Source: an uncultured Planctomycetaceae bacterium
GTDB taxonomy: Bacteria; Planctomycetota; Planctomycetia; Isosphaerales; Isosphaeraceae
Assembly: GCA_963833985.1 (NCBI GenBank)
Contig: CAWIAD010000001.1
Coordinates: 1,696,001-1,760,000 of the forward strand
Length of the DNA: 64,000 nucleotides
Direction: 5' to 3'
Part shown: positions 34,884 through 45,167 of the stretch, piece after piece
Layout of the letters: each line of letters opens with the position of its first letter
Position numbering within the stretch: the stretch's first letter is position 1
The notes under the pieces: generated by a model
Seen by the model: only the letters and a program-made list of their open reading frames with translations
What the model was told of the DNA's origin: nothing
Database searches by the model: none
Program-made: the position numbers and the translations under genes

Positions 34884-37127
34884 CCTACTTTCCGCACATC
34901 TCCCTTTGATTTCCCCGAATTCGACCTGAGGCCATCTTCTCAGACGCGGCCCCAGGGTCGGTAAACATCTACAAGTCGATCGGCACGGGGACCTTGTTCG
35001 GTTCAGATGGTTCGCCAACCGGACCGTTCCTGAACTCGAGCCATTCTTCGCCTTGTCTTATGACTTGGCAATGTCCAGCCGCGCGCCGCGATTCTCGCCG
35101 CGACGACTTGTGACACGGGCTATGAGCGTAAGTTGAGCGGCTCACAACTTACGTCAAGGCAAATTGTCATAAGTGAATCACAAGATTTTTTGTCCTTGAC
35201 GTCCCGATCTCCTCCGCCATCATTGCGGCAAGCCCTGCGGCGGTCGGCCTGCTCCCCTCACGGCCCTGGAAGGCCCGGCGGCGGACACCGGCCAACTCGC
35301 TGCAAACCCTCCGGAGATGATCCGCATGAACGAACCTCAACGACCGCGCCAACCCGGCGAGACGGCCCGCTCGAAGGGACGCACGCGCACGCTCAACACG
35401 CGGCGGATTGCCGCCGTGCCCATCCTGGAACACTTCCTGAGTCGGCTCCGCCTTCGCGAGTTTCTCTGCGACCACCTGCCCCATGAGGACGGCCGCACTC
35501 GGGTCCCCACGGCCACGGCCTTGCTCGTCCTGCTGCGCAACCTGCTGATCTCGCGTGAGCCACTCTATGGTGTCGGTGAGTGGGTGGCCCGCCATGAGCC
35601 GAAACTGTTCGGGTTGTCCGATGTCCAAGTCGCCGCAATGAACGACGATCGAGTTGGCCGGGCCCTCGACCGTCTCTTCGACGCCAATCTCTCGGGGTTG
35701 GCCCTGAAGGTCGCGGCCCATGCCGTACGCGAATTCGACGTCAGCCTCGACCAGTTACACAACGACTCGACCACCATCACTTTCCACGGTGACTACGAGT
35801 CGGCGGAGGCGGAGCGAACCCTGCGGGGACAATTGCGGTTGGCGGTGACCTGGGGTCATAACAAAGACCACCGCCCCGACCTCAAGCAGCTACTCTACAT
35901 CCTCACCGTGACCGGCGACGGTGCCGTCCCGGTGCACTTTCGCGTCGAGAGCGGCAACGCCACCGACGACCGCTCTCACCAGGAGACCTGGGAGTTGCTC
36001 TGTCAACTGACCGGACGCCGAGACTTTCTCTACATCGCCGACTGCAAGCTGGCCACCACCGAGAACATGGCCTATCTGCATCAGCGCGGCGGTCGGTTCC
36101 TCAGCGTGCTGCCGCGAACTCGCAGTGAGGACGGTGCCTTCCGCGGCGCCGTACTCCGGGGAGAGATCCAGTGGCGATGGACCCACGACAAGTACGACGA
36201 CAAGGGACAGTTGACCGACCGCTTCTCGATCTGCAAACCTGCGAGCCAGACCACCGAGGGTTACCGGCTGATCTGGTATCACAGCACACGCAAGGCCGAG
36301 TTGGATGCGGAGGTACGGCTGACCCGGCTGGAGAAGGCGTTGAAACGACTGGACGAACTGCGTGCCAAGCTCGCCTCGTCCCGAACCCGGTACCGCAGTC
36401 GAGCCAAGGTCGCCGAGGCGGTCGAGGAGCTGCTCCGAGACTGTGAGGTCACCGAGTGGATCTCGGTCGAGATCGAGGAGCAGGTCACCGAAAAGTTCCG
36501 CCAGGAGCGACGCGGCCGGCCTGGACAGGACACGCGGTACGTCCGAGAGGAGAAGCTCCGTTACTCGTTGAAGCATCGGATTGAGTTGGAGCGACTGGAT
36601 GAGGAGGCCCGCTGTGATGGCATTTTCCCGCTGGTGAGCAACGAATCGAAGATGACGGAGCAGGATCTGCTCTTGGCCTACAAACAGCAACCGGCCATCG
36701 AACGACGGTTCGAGCACCTGAAGACTGACTTCGTGGTAGCGCCTATGTACCTGAAGGAGGTGAGTCGGATTCAGGCCTTGCTCTGCGTGTACTTCTTCGT
36801 GTTGCTGGTCGAGGCGCTGTTGGAGCGAGAACTCCGCCGCGCGATGGAACGAGCGGGAATCGAGAGCCTGCCACTGTATTCCGAAGGTCGGGCCTGCCGA
36901 CGCCCGACGGCTCGAAAAGTGATCGACCTGTACGAGGACGTTCAAGAGCATTCCCTGAAGGCTGGGAAACGCCCTCTTGAGGTGTTCAGCACAGAGTTAA
37001 CTCGGCTCCAGAAGAGAATCCTGCGCCTGCTGGGGATACCCAAAGCCTACGAGATTTGAGCCTGACAGGCCGAAAGACGGCACACGGAAATTAGGAGATA
37101 GTCAAGGCGAGATGTGCGGAAAGTAGG
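34884..37127 (+). mobile_element. IS1634-family insertion sequence
   Basis: 19-bp perfect terminal IR CCTACTTTCCGCACATCTC; 6-bp TSD TTTCGT at 34878-34883 and 37128-37133. Confidence 0.92.
35317..37059 (+). CDS. IS1634-family transposase
   Basis: NDDRVGRALD, HNDSTT, WGHNKDHRPDLKQ, IADCKL, YKQQPAIERRFEHLK. Confidence 0.92.
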   Translation: MIRMNEPQRPRQPGETARSKGRTRTLNTRRIAAVPILEHFLSRLRLREFLCDHLPHEDGRTRVPTATALLVLLRNLLISREPLYGVGEWVARHEPKLFGLSDVQVAAMNDDRVGRALDRLFDANLSGLALKVAAHAVREFDVSLDQLHNDSTTITFHGDYESAEAERTLRGQLRLAVTWGHNKDHRPDLKQLLYILTVTGDGAVPVHFRVESGNATDDRSHQETWELLCQLTGRRDFLYIADCKLATTENMAYLHQRGGRFLSVLPRTRSEDGAFRGAVLRGEIQWRWTHDKYDDKGQLTDRFSICKPASQTTEGYRLIWYHSTRKAELDAEVRLTRLEKALKRLDELRAKLASSRTRYRSRAKVAEAVEELLRDCEVTEWISVEIEEQVTEKFRQERRGRPGQDTRYVREEKLRYSLKHRIELERLDEEARCDGIFPLVSNESKMTEQDLLLAYKQQPAIERRFEHLKTDFVVAPMYLKEVSRIQALLCVYFFVLLVEALLERELRRAMERAGIESLPLYSEGRACRRPTARKVIDLYEDVQEHSLKAGKRPLEVFSTELTRLQKRILRLLGIPKAYEI

Positions 37128-37156
37128 TTTCGTAGCTTCATAGATCAGGATTTCGA

Positions 37157-37344
37157 TGCGCCAGGACATCCTGAAACGGGCCTTCGAGGGTCGCCTCGTG
37201 CCGCAAGACCCCACCGATGAGCCCGCCGACAAGCTGCTGGCTCGCATCCGACAATAACGAATGGGGCTCGTCGAACCACGAATGGGGGTCGTCGAACCAC
37301 GAGGCAGCAACGGGAGAGGGCGGGAACGCTTGCAAGGACGATGA
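37157..37344 (+). pseudogene. Third hsdS 3' fragment, containing a 21-bp tandem repeat (37257-37302)
   Basis: RQDILKRAFEGRLVPQDPTDEPADKLLARIRQ*; the tail stop overlaps the DUF3800 ATG (ATGA). Confidence 0.85.
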
Positions 37345-38078
37345 ACTTCAGCGATTACCTGGTTTATGTCGACGAGAGCGGCGACCATCAATTGTCACCG
37401 CCTGACCCGGAATTCCCCGTCTTCGTCCTCGCGTTCTGTGTGTTTCTCAAGGAGGACTACATCTCCCAGGTTGTTCCCGCCTTTCAGCGTATCAAGCTGC
37501 GCCACATCGGGCACGACATGGTGGTCTTCCACGAGCGGGAGATCCGGAAACAAATCGGTCCTTTTGCCTTTCTGTTCGATCGGAACCGGCGTGAGTCGTT
37601 CATGGCTGACCTCAGCTCATGGGTGGAGCAAAGCCGCTTCACGATCATCGCCGTCGTGATCCACAAGACTAGGTTTGCCCAGAAGCACGGCGAGGTGAGA
37701 AACCCCTATCACGTCGCGATGCGGCTCGGCCTTGAACGCGTGGAGAAGTATCTCAAACGGCACGATCAAGACGACCGAAGCACGCATGTTATCTTCGAGA
37801 GCCGAGGCAAGCGGGAGGATGTTGAACTCGAACTGGAATTCCGGCGAGTTTGCGACGGTATGAATTACACCGGGAAGCACCTTCCGCTGACATTTGTCCT
37901 GGCCGACAAGCGGATCAACTCGACGGGCCTTCAGCTTGCCGATCTCACGGCTCGCCCCATCGGCCGGTACGTGATGAACCCCGGACAGCCTAACCGCGCC
38001 TACGAGATTATCTCGAAGAAGTTGGACCGTTCGCTCAACGGGATGGTAAAGGGCTACGGATTGAAGGTTTACCCCTGA
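37341..38078 (+). CDS. DUF3800 domain protein
   Basis: YLVYVDESG, FHEREIR, FESRG, GLQLADLTARPIG. Confidence 0.85.
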   Translation: MNFSDYLVYVDESGDHQLSPPDPEFPVFVLAFCVFLKEDYISQVVPAFQRIKLRHIGHDMVVFHEREIRKQIGPFAFLFDRNRRESFMADLSSWVEQSRFTIIAVVIHKTRFAQKHGEVRNPYHVAMRLGLERVEKYLKRHDQDDRSTHVIFESRGKREDVELELEFRRVCDGMNYTGKHLPLTFVLADKRINSTGLQLADLTARPIGRYVMNPGQPNRAYEIISKKLDRSLNGMVKGYGLKVYP

Positions 38079-38082
38079 AAGC

Positions 38083-38110
38083 AAAAAACCCCGACGTTAC
38101 GCCGAGGTTT
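38083..38110 (-). terminator. Intrinsic terminator
   Basis: Minus strand CCUCGGCG-uaa-CGUCGGGG-UUUUUU; two G-U pairs work only on the minus strand. Confidence 0.75.
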
Positions 38111-38138
38111 CTTGCCGACCGGGATATCCCAATCCAGC
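38083..38138 (-). ncRNA. Predicted ~55-nt small RNA convergent on DUF3800 (DUF3800 RNA motif-like)
   Basis: Bounded by a near-consensus promoter and an intrinsic terminator on the minus strand; ends approximate. Confidence 0.65.
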
Positions 38139-38144
38139 ACAGGA

Positions 38145-38173
38145 AATATAGCACTCCGGATTGCCGAAGTCAA
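38145..38173 (-). promoter_or_regulatory. Sigma70-type promoter
   Basis: TTGACT-17 nt-TATATT on the minus strand. Confidence 0.7.
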
Positions 38174-38240
38174 GTCTACGGAGCTCCTGTTGTGTTGACG
38201 TAAATCGTTCATTGTAAACGACTTGCAAGGTATTGGCGTA

Positions 38241-38463
38241 ACGGCGAGTTCGGACACCCAGCAAGTGGTCAGCAAGGCCTGGAACTTCGCCCACGTCCTC
38301 CGGGACGACGGCTTGAGCTACATGGATTACGTCGAGCAGATCACCTTCCTGCTCTTCCTGAAGATGGCGGATGAGCAGACGAAGCCGCCCTACAACCGCA
38401 AGCCGATTGTGCCGGCCGGCCGCGACGGGGTGAGCCTGCTGGCGAACGAAGGCGATGATCTGG
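38241..38463 (+). pseudogene. Third hsdM 5' fragment (ACG at the expected start)
   Basis: ASSDTQQVVSKAWNFAHVLRDDGLSYMDYVEQITFLLFLKMADEQ...SLLANEGDDL, then diverges. Confidence 0.88.
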
Positions 38464-38593
38464 GTACCTGGCCGCCAATGGCTCTATGGCTCGCCATGAA
38501 GGCAAAGACCTTGACCCTTGCCGAACGGCGGATGGATCAGTGGCAGGGTGAAAGACTTCGTGAGAAGTCTTGTCGTCTCAAGCTCGATCGCTT

Positions 38594-38700
38594 TCAGATC
38601 GTTAGAGCGCGGCGATAGAGCGGCTCGTCCCCGTCAGGCCGGTTCGTGGTTTCGGTCAAAGACGCCAGGTTGTTCATGTTGTGTGCAACCTCGGCGTTTG
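38594..38700 (-). pseudogene. Degraded TPR repeat remnant
   Basis: VAHNMNNLASLTETTNRPDGDEPLYRRALTI resembles the NNLA.L....R..EAEPLYRRAL.I consensus. Confidence 0.5.
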
Positions 38701-38807
38701 TCGGTCCGCACAGAACCGCGATAGGCCTCCAAAGAAATCTGGGATGACGCCGCGCGGGTGCCGTCTTACTTGCAGACGAACGAGGCGGCACGCGAGATGA
38801 TGACCGC

Positions 38808-39297
38808 ATGGACCCGAACCTGCTCGGCGATCTCCTGGACCAGCACGCGGCCGCGCTGGAGCTATACGCGAAGCAGTGGTGCGACGCTCCGGAAGACGTG
38901 GTGCAGGAAGCGTTTCTGAGGCTGGCGGCGGAACGCGTGGTGCCGCGGAACCCGGCGGCCTGGCTCTTCCGGGTGGTGCGCAACCGCGCCATCGATGCGG
39001 GCCAGGCAGCGCGCCGTCGTCGTCGGCACGAATCGACCGCGGCTGCCCTGATGCCTCCCTGGTTCGAGGCGGCTGCGCCGGCTCCTGGTCCGCCGGGAAT
39101 TGCCGACCCGGAGGATGCGGCCGAGGCGCTGCGCCTTGCCCATCGAGGAACGCGAGATCATCGTCGCCCATATCTGGGGCGGCTTGACATTTGAACAGAT
39201 TGCCGGGGTGGCCGGCTGCTCGTCGAGCACGGCGCACCGGCTCTATACCCGAGGACTATCGACCCTCAAAGAACGGCTGGGAGTGTCATGTCGTTAA
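38808..39297 (+). CDS. ECF sigma factor (frameshift near 39133)
   Basis: EDVVQEAFLRL, WLFRVVRNRAID; LPIEEREII...LTFEQIA region 4. Confidence 0.85.
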
Positions 39298-39851
39298 CCC
39301 CACGCGATCCCGAGACCGACCCGATCGAGACCGCCCTGAGGCGGCTCACCCCGGCCCCTAGCCGGATCGATCGTGATCGGCTCATGTTCCAGGCCGGCTT
39401 TCAATCGGCTCGAGCCGGAGCGCCACGAACCTGGGTCTGGCCATCCGTCGCGGCCGCGCTGGCGCTCGTGTCACTGTCCGAGTGGGTCCTGCTGGCCAGC
39501 CGGCCCGGGCCAGCAAGGAGCGTGGGCCTGCCGCCGGCCGCCGTAGCGAACGCTGAGGCGGGCGGCTCACCATCCCGTCCCGGCAACAACCCCGCACCCG
39601 AGGCTGTGCATGTCCTGGTCCAGGGGCCAACACAGCGCACCCCGGAGCACGAGAACTGGCCGCCCGCGGAGATCGGATCGCTCGGTCTGCGGCAGCAAGT
39701 GCTGCGCTTCGGCCTGGAAGGGCTGCCCGATCCGCCATCGCTGCTGAGCCAGGCTGACGTCTCTGCGCCGGATGATGCGGGTGCGGAATCTCCCCAGATG
39801 CTGCGTCGTCACGAACTCGACAGATTTCTCAATCCGGGAGGACCCTCATGA
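39288..39851 (+). CDS. Putative single-TM anti-sigma-like protein
   Basis: Overlaps the sigma gene; IETALRRLTP...DRDRLMFQAG, then a TM helix. Confidence 0.6.
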   Translation: MSLTPRDPETDPIETALRRLTPAPSRIDRDRLMFQAGFQSARAGAPRTWVWPSVAAALALVSLSEWVLLASRPGPARSVGLPPAAVANAEAGGSPSRPGNNPAPEAVHVLVQGPTQRTPEHENWPPAEIGSLGLRQQVLRFGLEGLPDPPSLLSQADVSAPDDAGAESPQMLRRHELDRFLNPGGPS

Positions 39852-41304
39852 TAAGTTGTTTACTTGTAATGGTTGCCGCGGCAGTCTGCCTGCCGTCGGC
39901 GGCGGTCGGGGACGAACCGTCCGAGAACCCGCCCACGGTGATCCAGCTTCGGCCCGCGGCCAGCCCCGTCCCCGCGCTCAGGTACACGCTCTTGCCCGAT
40001 CGCCGCGAGCTGATCCCGGGCAACGCCGCGATCTTTTACCACCGGGCGCTCGAGTCTCTGCTCGAAGCCGAGTGGAGCCAGCGCGTGGAAGCCGCAAGGG
40101 CCAAAACCCCGCTCAAGCAGCTCGCCGAGGAGAGCGAAACAATCGGCGGCTGGCTCACACAGCCGCTGTCCTCGCTCCCCCGCGAGGCCGTGCGCAAGCA
40201 CCTGGAGCACTACGGCAGAAGTTTGCACGAGGCGGAACTGGGGGCGCTCCGGAGCTTCTGCGACTGGGAGTTTCAGCGCCGGGACGAGGGGTTCAACCTC
40301 ATCCTCTCGGACTTGCAGGAGATGCGCTCGCTCGCCCGGCTGCTGGTGCTGAAGACCCGGCTGGAAGTCGCGGAGGGCCGGATCGACTCGGCGTTGCACT
40401 GGCTGCAAACCGGACTGGCCGTAAGCCGCCACGTCGGCGAGCATGCGACCACGCTCATCCAGTCGCTCATCTCAGCCTCCATGACGTCGCAGATGATCGT
40501 GCCGCTGGATGACCTGGTGCAAGCGCCGGGGCACCGAACCTTTACTGGGCGCTGGCCAATCTGCCGCACCCATTTCTCGACATGACTACTGCCATGGACG
40601 GCGAACGATGGATGCTGGAGAAGGAACTGCCGCGGCTCAAGTCCATCGACGCATCGACCTGGAGCCTGGAGGAGGCGCGCACCTTCTCACGGGAATTGCA
40701 GCAAAAGATGGCCATGTTGACCGACTCGAAGGAACTCAACAACCAGTTCCTGCTCGCGGCGCTGGTGGCGCGCTCGTATCCGGAAGCCAAGCGATCACTG
40801 ATCGCCCAGGGGCGACCGGCGGCCCAGGTGGAGGCGATGCCGTCGGTCCAGGTGGTGGCGCTCCGCTCCTACCAGCTTTATGAACAGGCCCGCGATGAGA
40901 TGTTCAAGTGGGCCGGGATGCCCTACTGGCAAGCGGCCGAGGGAGTCTCCCAGTCCGAACGGCACCTGGGCGCGACCTGGGAGCAGCTCAAGGGCGGCAT
41001 CCCGTTCGGGCTCATTCTGCCGGCGGTCAGTGGCGGGTTCTTCGTGCCCGCGCGAGTCGAGCGCCAGCTCGCGCTGGTGCAGGCCATCGAAGCGATCGGT
41101 ATGTACGCCGCCGATCACAACGGAACGCTGCCGCCGAACCTGGAGGCAATCACCGACGCCCCGGTCCCCATCGACCCGGTCACGGGAAAAACGTTCGGAT
41201 ACAAGCTGGAGGGTACGACCGCGACGCTGACGGCCCCCGCGCCGGCACGCTACCCGAACATCGCCCAGTATCGCATTCACTACGAATTGAAGCTGGCCCG
41301 CTGA
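39848..41304 (+). CDS. Secreted hypothetical protein (frameshift near 40530)
   Basis: Signal peptide; PALRYTLLP, GNAAIFY, C-terminal LP.NLE...PIDPVTGKTFGY. Confidence 0.7.
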
Positions 41305-41340
41305 ATCCTTTAGACCCATCTACCCTCCCGGAGAACGATC

Positions 41341-42871
41341 ATGAAGCTGCTGCTGTTGACGATGATGCCCCTCGCCGCCCTTGCCATGGTGCCAGCCAGG
41401 GCCGACGACGGCCGGCCGCAGGCCATTGCCCCCTTTTTGGACAACGACGTCTTCGCGGTGGTCCATTTCGATCTGACGAAGCTGAATGCCGACGCGCTCA
41501 TTCATCGCCTGGTGGCCGATCCAGCGCGAGCTGACGAGATGACACAGCAGTTCAAGCCGTGGCTCGAAGCCCTGCGGAAGGCAGGAGCGAAGGACGTCTA
41601 CATGCTGGGAATTCTTCCCGAGCTCATCAGCCCCTCGGTGGCTCCGTTTCCGCTGGTCGTCCCGCTGGAGCAGGGGACCGATGCCAATGCCATAGGCCAG
41701 CTGCTCTGCGGGACGGGAAGCATGAAAGTGCCGTTCAAGTTCCCGACCTGTGCCACGGTGAGCAATGCGGTCTTCGCCGGCACGAACTCCGCCCTGGAGC
41801 GGGTGCGCGGCGCTCAAGCCGGTGGTGCGGCCGGAGCTGACAGCGGCGCTTGCGGCGCTGGGCGAGACCAGCGCCGAGCTGATCCTGACCCCGAGTGCCG
41901 ACACCCGCCGGGTGGCCGAGGAGATGGTGCCGGAGCTGCCCGGGGAGATCGGCGGCGGACCCATCACCGTCGTGACACGCGGACTGCGCTGGACCGCTCT
42001 GGGACTGGCTTCGGGTCCCGAGCCGGGGCTCCAGCTCGTGGTCCAGGCAAAAGACGCCGAAGCCGCCGGGGGCCTCGACGTCGTCTTGAAAAAAATGATC
42101 CAGGCCCTGCATCAGATGCCTCAGTTCCCAGCCGAGCTCGCCCGCCTTGTCGACGAGCTGAACCCGGAGCTGAACCAGGATCGGATCACCCTCTCGATCG
42201 ACGCTCAGAAGGCCAGCAAGCTGGTGGCAGCCATCACCGCTCCAATGCGCGCCAACGCAGCGCGTTCCCAGAGCACCAACAACATGAAGCAGATCGCGCT
42301 GGCGATGCACAATTACCTATCCCAGCATGGCAGCTTTCCGCCCGCATACACCGTGGACAAGGCGGGCAAGCCGCTCCTGAGCTGGCGCGTGCTGGTCCTT
42401 CCCTTCCTGGAACAGGACGCGCTTTACAAGGAGTTTCATCTCGACGAGCCCTGGGATAGCGATCATAACCGCGCGCTCATTGATCGCATGCCCGCGGTCT
42501 ATCGCTGCCCCGCGGCACGCACGCTGAAGGCGGATGCGGGCAAGACGACCTATCTCACCCCGCGCGGCACGGCAACGATCTTTCCCGGCTCGGAAGGGGT
42601 GAAGATTCAGAAGATCACCGACGGCACGTCGAACACGATCATGCTGGTCGATGCCGCGGACGACAGGGCCGTGGTCTGGACCAGGCCTGATGACTGGAAC
42701 GTCGATCCGAAGCTCGATATGAAGGGGATCTTCGGCCACTTCCCGGGCGGTACCATCTTAGGCTTCGCCGACGGCTCGGTGCGCTTCATCAAGGAGACGG
42801 TCGAGCTGGGGGTCTTTGAGAAGCTGATCACCAAGGACGGTGGCGAGGTGATCAGCTCCGATCAATACTGA
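41341..42871 (+). CDS. DUF1559 domain protein (frameshift near 41815)
   Basis: NNMKQIALAMHNY, LSWRVLVLPFLEQ, ITDGTSNTI, FADGSV. Confidence 0.85.
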
Positions 42872-43032
42872 ACGAGTCGCGCTCACCAGCCCTGAGGCGG
42901 AATGTTCTTCTCTCGGGAGATCGCTCCGGCCATGTCGCGATGACCTGGTCGGAGCGAAAGTCCCTCGGCCTGGAAAACAATTGCAGTCGCAAGTTCGAGG
43001 CCGGGGATCGTTGCCCCCCGGCCAATCACAAT

Positions 43033-44706
43033 TCAGCGCGTGAGCGAGCGGTACTTGATGCGGTGCGGCTGATCGGCGTCCGTTCCCAGCCGCTCGTGGC
43101 GCTGGAGTTCGTAGGCCTGGTAGTTGCCGTCGCACCAGACCACGCGGCTATCGCCCTCGAAAGCCAGGATGTGCGTGGCCACGCGGTCCAGGAACCAGCG
43201 GTCGTGGCTGATAACCACCGCGCACCCGCCGAAATCAACGATGGCTTCTTCGAGCGCGCGGAGCATGTCCACGTCCAGGTCGTTGGTCGGCTCGTCGAGC
43301 AGCAGCAGGTTGCCCCCGCTCTTGAGCAGCTTCGCCAGGTGCACGCGATTGCGCTCGCCGCCGGAGAGCTTGCCGACCTTCTTCTCCTGGTCGGGGCCCT
43401 TGAAGTTGAACGTCGCCACGTAAGCCCGCGCCGGCAGCTTCCGCTTGCCCAGCACCACCGGGTCGATGCCGCCGGTGATCTCCTGAAACACCGTGCTCTC
43501 GGCGTTCAGCGCATCGCGGTTCTGATCAACGTAGGAGACCGCCACGGAGTCGCCCACTCGCAAGACGCCGCGGTCGGGCTTCTCCTGGCCCACGATCATG
43601 CGAAAGAGCGTGGTCTTCCCTGCCCCGTTGGCCCCGATCACGCCGATGATGCCGCCCGGCGGCAGGCGGAAGCTCATCTCCTCGAACAGCAGCCGGTCGC
43701 CGTAGGCCTTCGCCAGGTTCTCGGCCTCGACGACCAGCGATCCCAGGTGCGGCCCGGGTGGGATTTGCAGGACGATCGCCTCGTCACGTTTCTCGGACTC
43801 TTGCGCGGCGAGCTGCTCGTAGCGCTGGAGCCGCGCCCGGTTCTTGGCCACACGCGCCCGCGGCGACATGCGCACCCATTCCAGCTCACGCGCCAGTTGC
43901 TTGCGGCGTGTACTTTCCTGCTTCTCCTCCAGTACCAGACGGGCCTGCTTCTGCTCCAGCCAGGACGAGTAGTTCCCTTCCCAGGGAATGCCCTGACCGC
44001 GGTCGAGCTCAAGGATCCACTTCACCACGTTGTCCAGGAAGTAGCGATCGTGGGTGACGAGGATGACGGTTCCGGCGTACTCGGCCAGGTGGCGTTCCAG
44101 CCAGGCGACGCTCTCGGCGTCGAGGTGGTTGGTGGGTTCGTCGAGCAAGAGGATATCAGGCCGCTCCAGCAGCACGCGGCAGAGTGCCACGCGCCTTCGT
44201 TCCCCACCGGAGAGCGTGCTCACGTCGGCGTCGCCCGGCGGCAGCCGCATCGCGTCCATGGCGATCTCGATGCGCCGGTCCAGGTCCCAGCCCTCCGCGG
44301 CCTCGATGGCGTCCTGGACGCGCGCCTGCTCCTCCAGCAGCTCGTCCATCTCGTCGGCGTCCGGGCCTTCGCCCAGCCTGGCGTTGATGGCATCGAACCG
44401 ATTCAGGTGCTGCCGGATCTCGCTGACCGCCTGCTCCACGTTGCCGCGAACGTCCAGGCTGGGGTCGAGCGCAGGCTCCTGGGGCACATAGCCGATCGTG
44501 GTCCCGGGCGCAGGCCGGGCGGTTCCCACGAAGTCGGTATCGAGCCCCGCCATGATCCGCAGGAGCGTGCTCTTGCCCGACCCGTTCCCGCCGATGACGC
44601 CGATCTTGGCTCCCGGGTAAAACGAGAGCCAGATGTTCTTGAGCACTTCCTTCTTGGCGTAGGCTTTCGACAGCTTCTCGATGGTGAAAATATACTGTGG
44701 CGGCAT
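43033..44706 (-). CDS. ettA: ABC-F energy-dependent translational throttle protein
   Basis: [20 protein letters not shown]; two LSGGE and LLDEPTN motifs; [12 protein letters not shown]; ends PHRIKYRSL. Confidence 0.95.
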   Translation of the reverse strand: MPPQYIFTIEKLSKAYAKKEVLKNIWLSFYPGAKIGVIGGNGSGKSTLLRIMAGLDTDFVGTARPAPGTTIGYVPQEPALDPSLDVRGNVEQAVSEIRQHLNRFDAINARLGEGPDADEMDELLEEQARVQDAIEAAEGWDLDRRIEIAMDAMRLPPGDADVSTLSGGERRRVALCRVLLERPDILLLDEPTNHLDAESVAWLERHLAEYAGTVILVTHDRYFLDNVVKWILELDRGQGIPWEGNYSSWLEQKQARLVLEEKQESTRRKQLARELEWVRMSPRARVAKNRARLQRYEQLAAQESEKRDEAIVLQIPPGPHLGSLVVEAENLAKAYGDRLLFEEMSFRLPPGGIIGVIGANGAGKTTLFRMIVGQEKPDRGVLRVGDSVAVSYVDQNRDALNAESTVFQEITGGIDPVVLGKRKLPARAYVATFNFKGPDQEKKVGKLSGGERNRVHLAKLLKSGGNLLLLDEPTNDLDVDMLRALEEAIVDFGGCAVVISHDRWFLDRVATHILAFEGDSRVVWCDGNYQAYELQRHERLGTDADQPHRIKYRSLTR

Positions 44707-44951
44707 GGCGCGAGTGATTCCGAACGGTGATGGAGGATCGGCATCCCCGGACGGCCGAGCCAGGCGCGGGTGCTCCCCGCCAAGGACGTCGCGTCCGAAG
44801 CAGACCAGGACCAGTAGAATCGATCGTCCCCCACCCTGAAAAGCCCGCTTCCGCGCCGTCGTGCGAGCCTTGAAGTCCCGCTGTCTGTCTGGTACTTTTG
44901 GTAGCGCTGGTTCCGAGGATTCAGACGGTTCCTTGAAACGTGCCCACCCCT

Positions 44952-45025
44952 GCCGGGGTAGCTCAGTTGGTCAGAGCGGCGGTCTCATAATCCGCAGGTC
45001 TGGGGTTCGAGTCCCCACCCCGGTA
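44952..45025 (+). tRNA. tRNA-Met (CAT), probably elongator; Ile2 not excluded; CCA not encoded
   Basis: GCCGGGG acceptor, TAGCTCAGTTGG D arm, CTCATAA loop, GGTTCGAGTCC T arm. Confidence 0.92.
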
Positions 45026-45148
45026 CTTACCGATCCAACCCGTCCCACCCCGTCAAGTCCTGACGAAACAAGCAACTTACGGCAAACCCATCAAGGCCCG
45101 CCATCCCGTCCCTGTCCGACCCTTCCTGGCCCTTCCCGGAGCCTGCGC

Positions 45149-45167
45149 GCTACCCGTGGCGCTACCC
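45149..45167 (+). repeat. Putative integrase arm-type site (copy 2 at 59389-59407)
   Basis: GCTACCCGTGGCGCTACCC is identical inside both element ends. Confidence 0.7.

Larger units (their letters stand above)
34848..37156 (+). pseudogene. ~20-codon N-terminal stub of an ABC/OLD-type ATPase, split by IS1634 and truncated
   Basis: GGAGG RBS, then MKIDSLRTENFR | IS | SFIDQDF, resembling the M.I..L.I.NFRSF start of SMC/AAA_15 ATPases. Confidence 0.55.

Noticed and set aside
37257..37302. 21-bp tandem repeat as a regulatory array
   Set aside because: Two units inside the variable tail of a dead hsdS fragment; simple slippage suffices
24423..38463. Invertible hsdS shufflon
   Set aside because: All hsd repeats are direct, the extra copies carry no TRDs, and no invertase is adjacent
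42940..44730. Long antisense ORFs (also 21513-24140, 8461-10335, 60586-61623)
   Set aside because: Shadow frames of real genes in high-GC DNA, with no motifs
35127..45081. Recurring degenerate palindrome CGTAAGT...ACTTACG (35127, 38199, ~45052) as a cassette recombination site
   Set aside because: Spacing differs (13, 15, 16 nt), and it is absent from the cassette junctions; may be nucleoid-protein sites but unsupported
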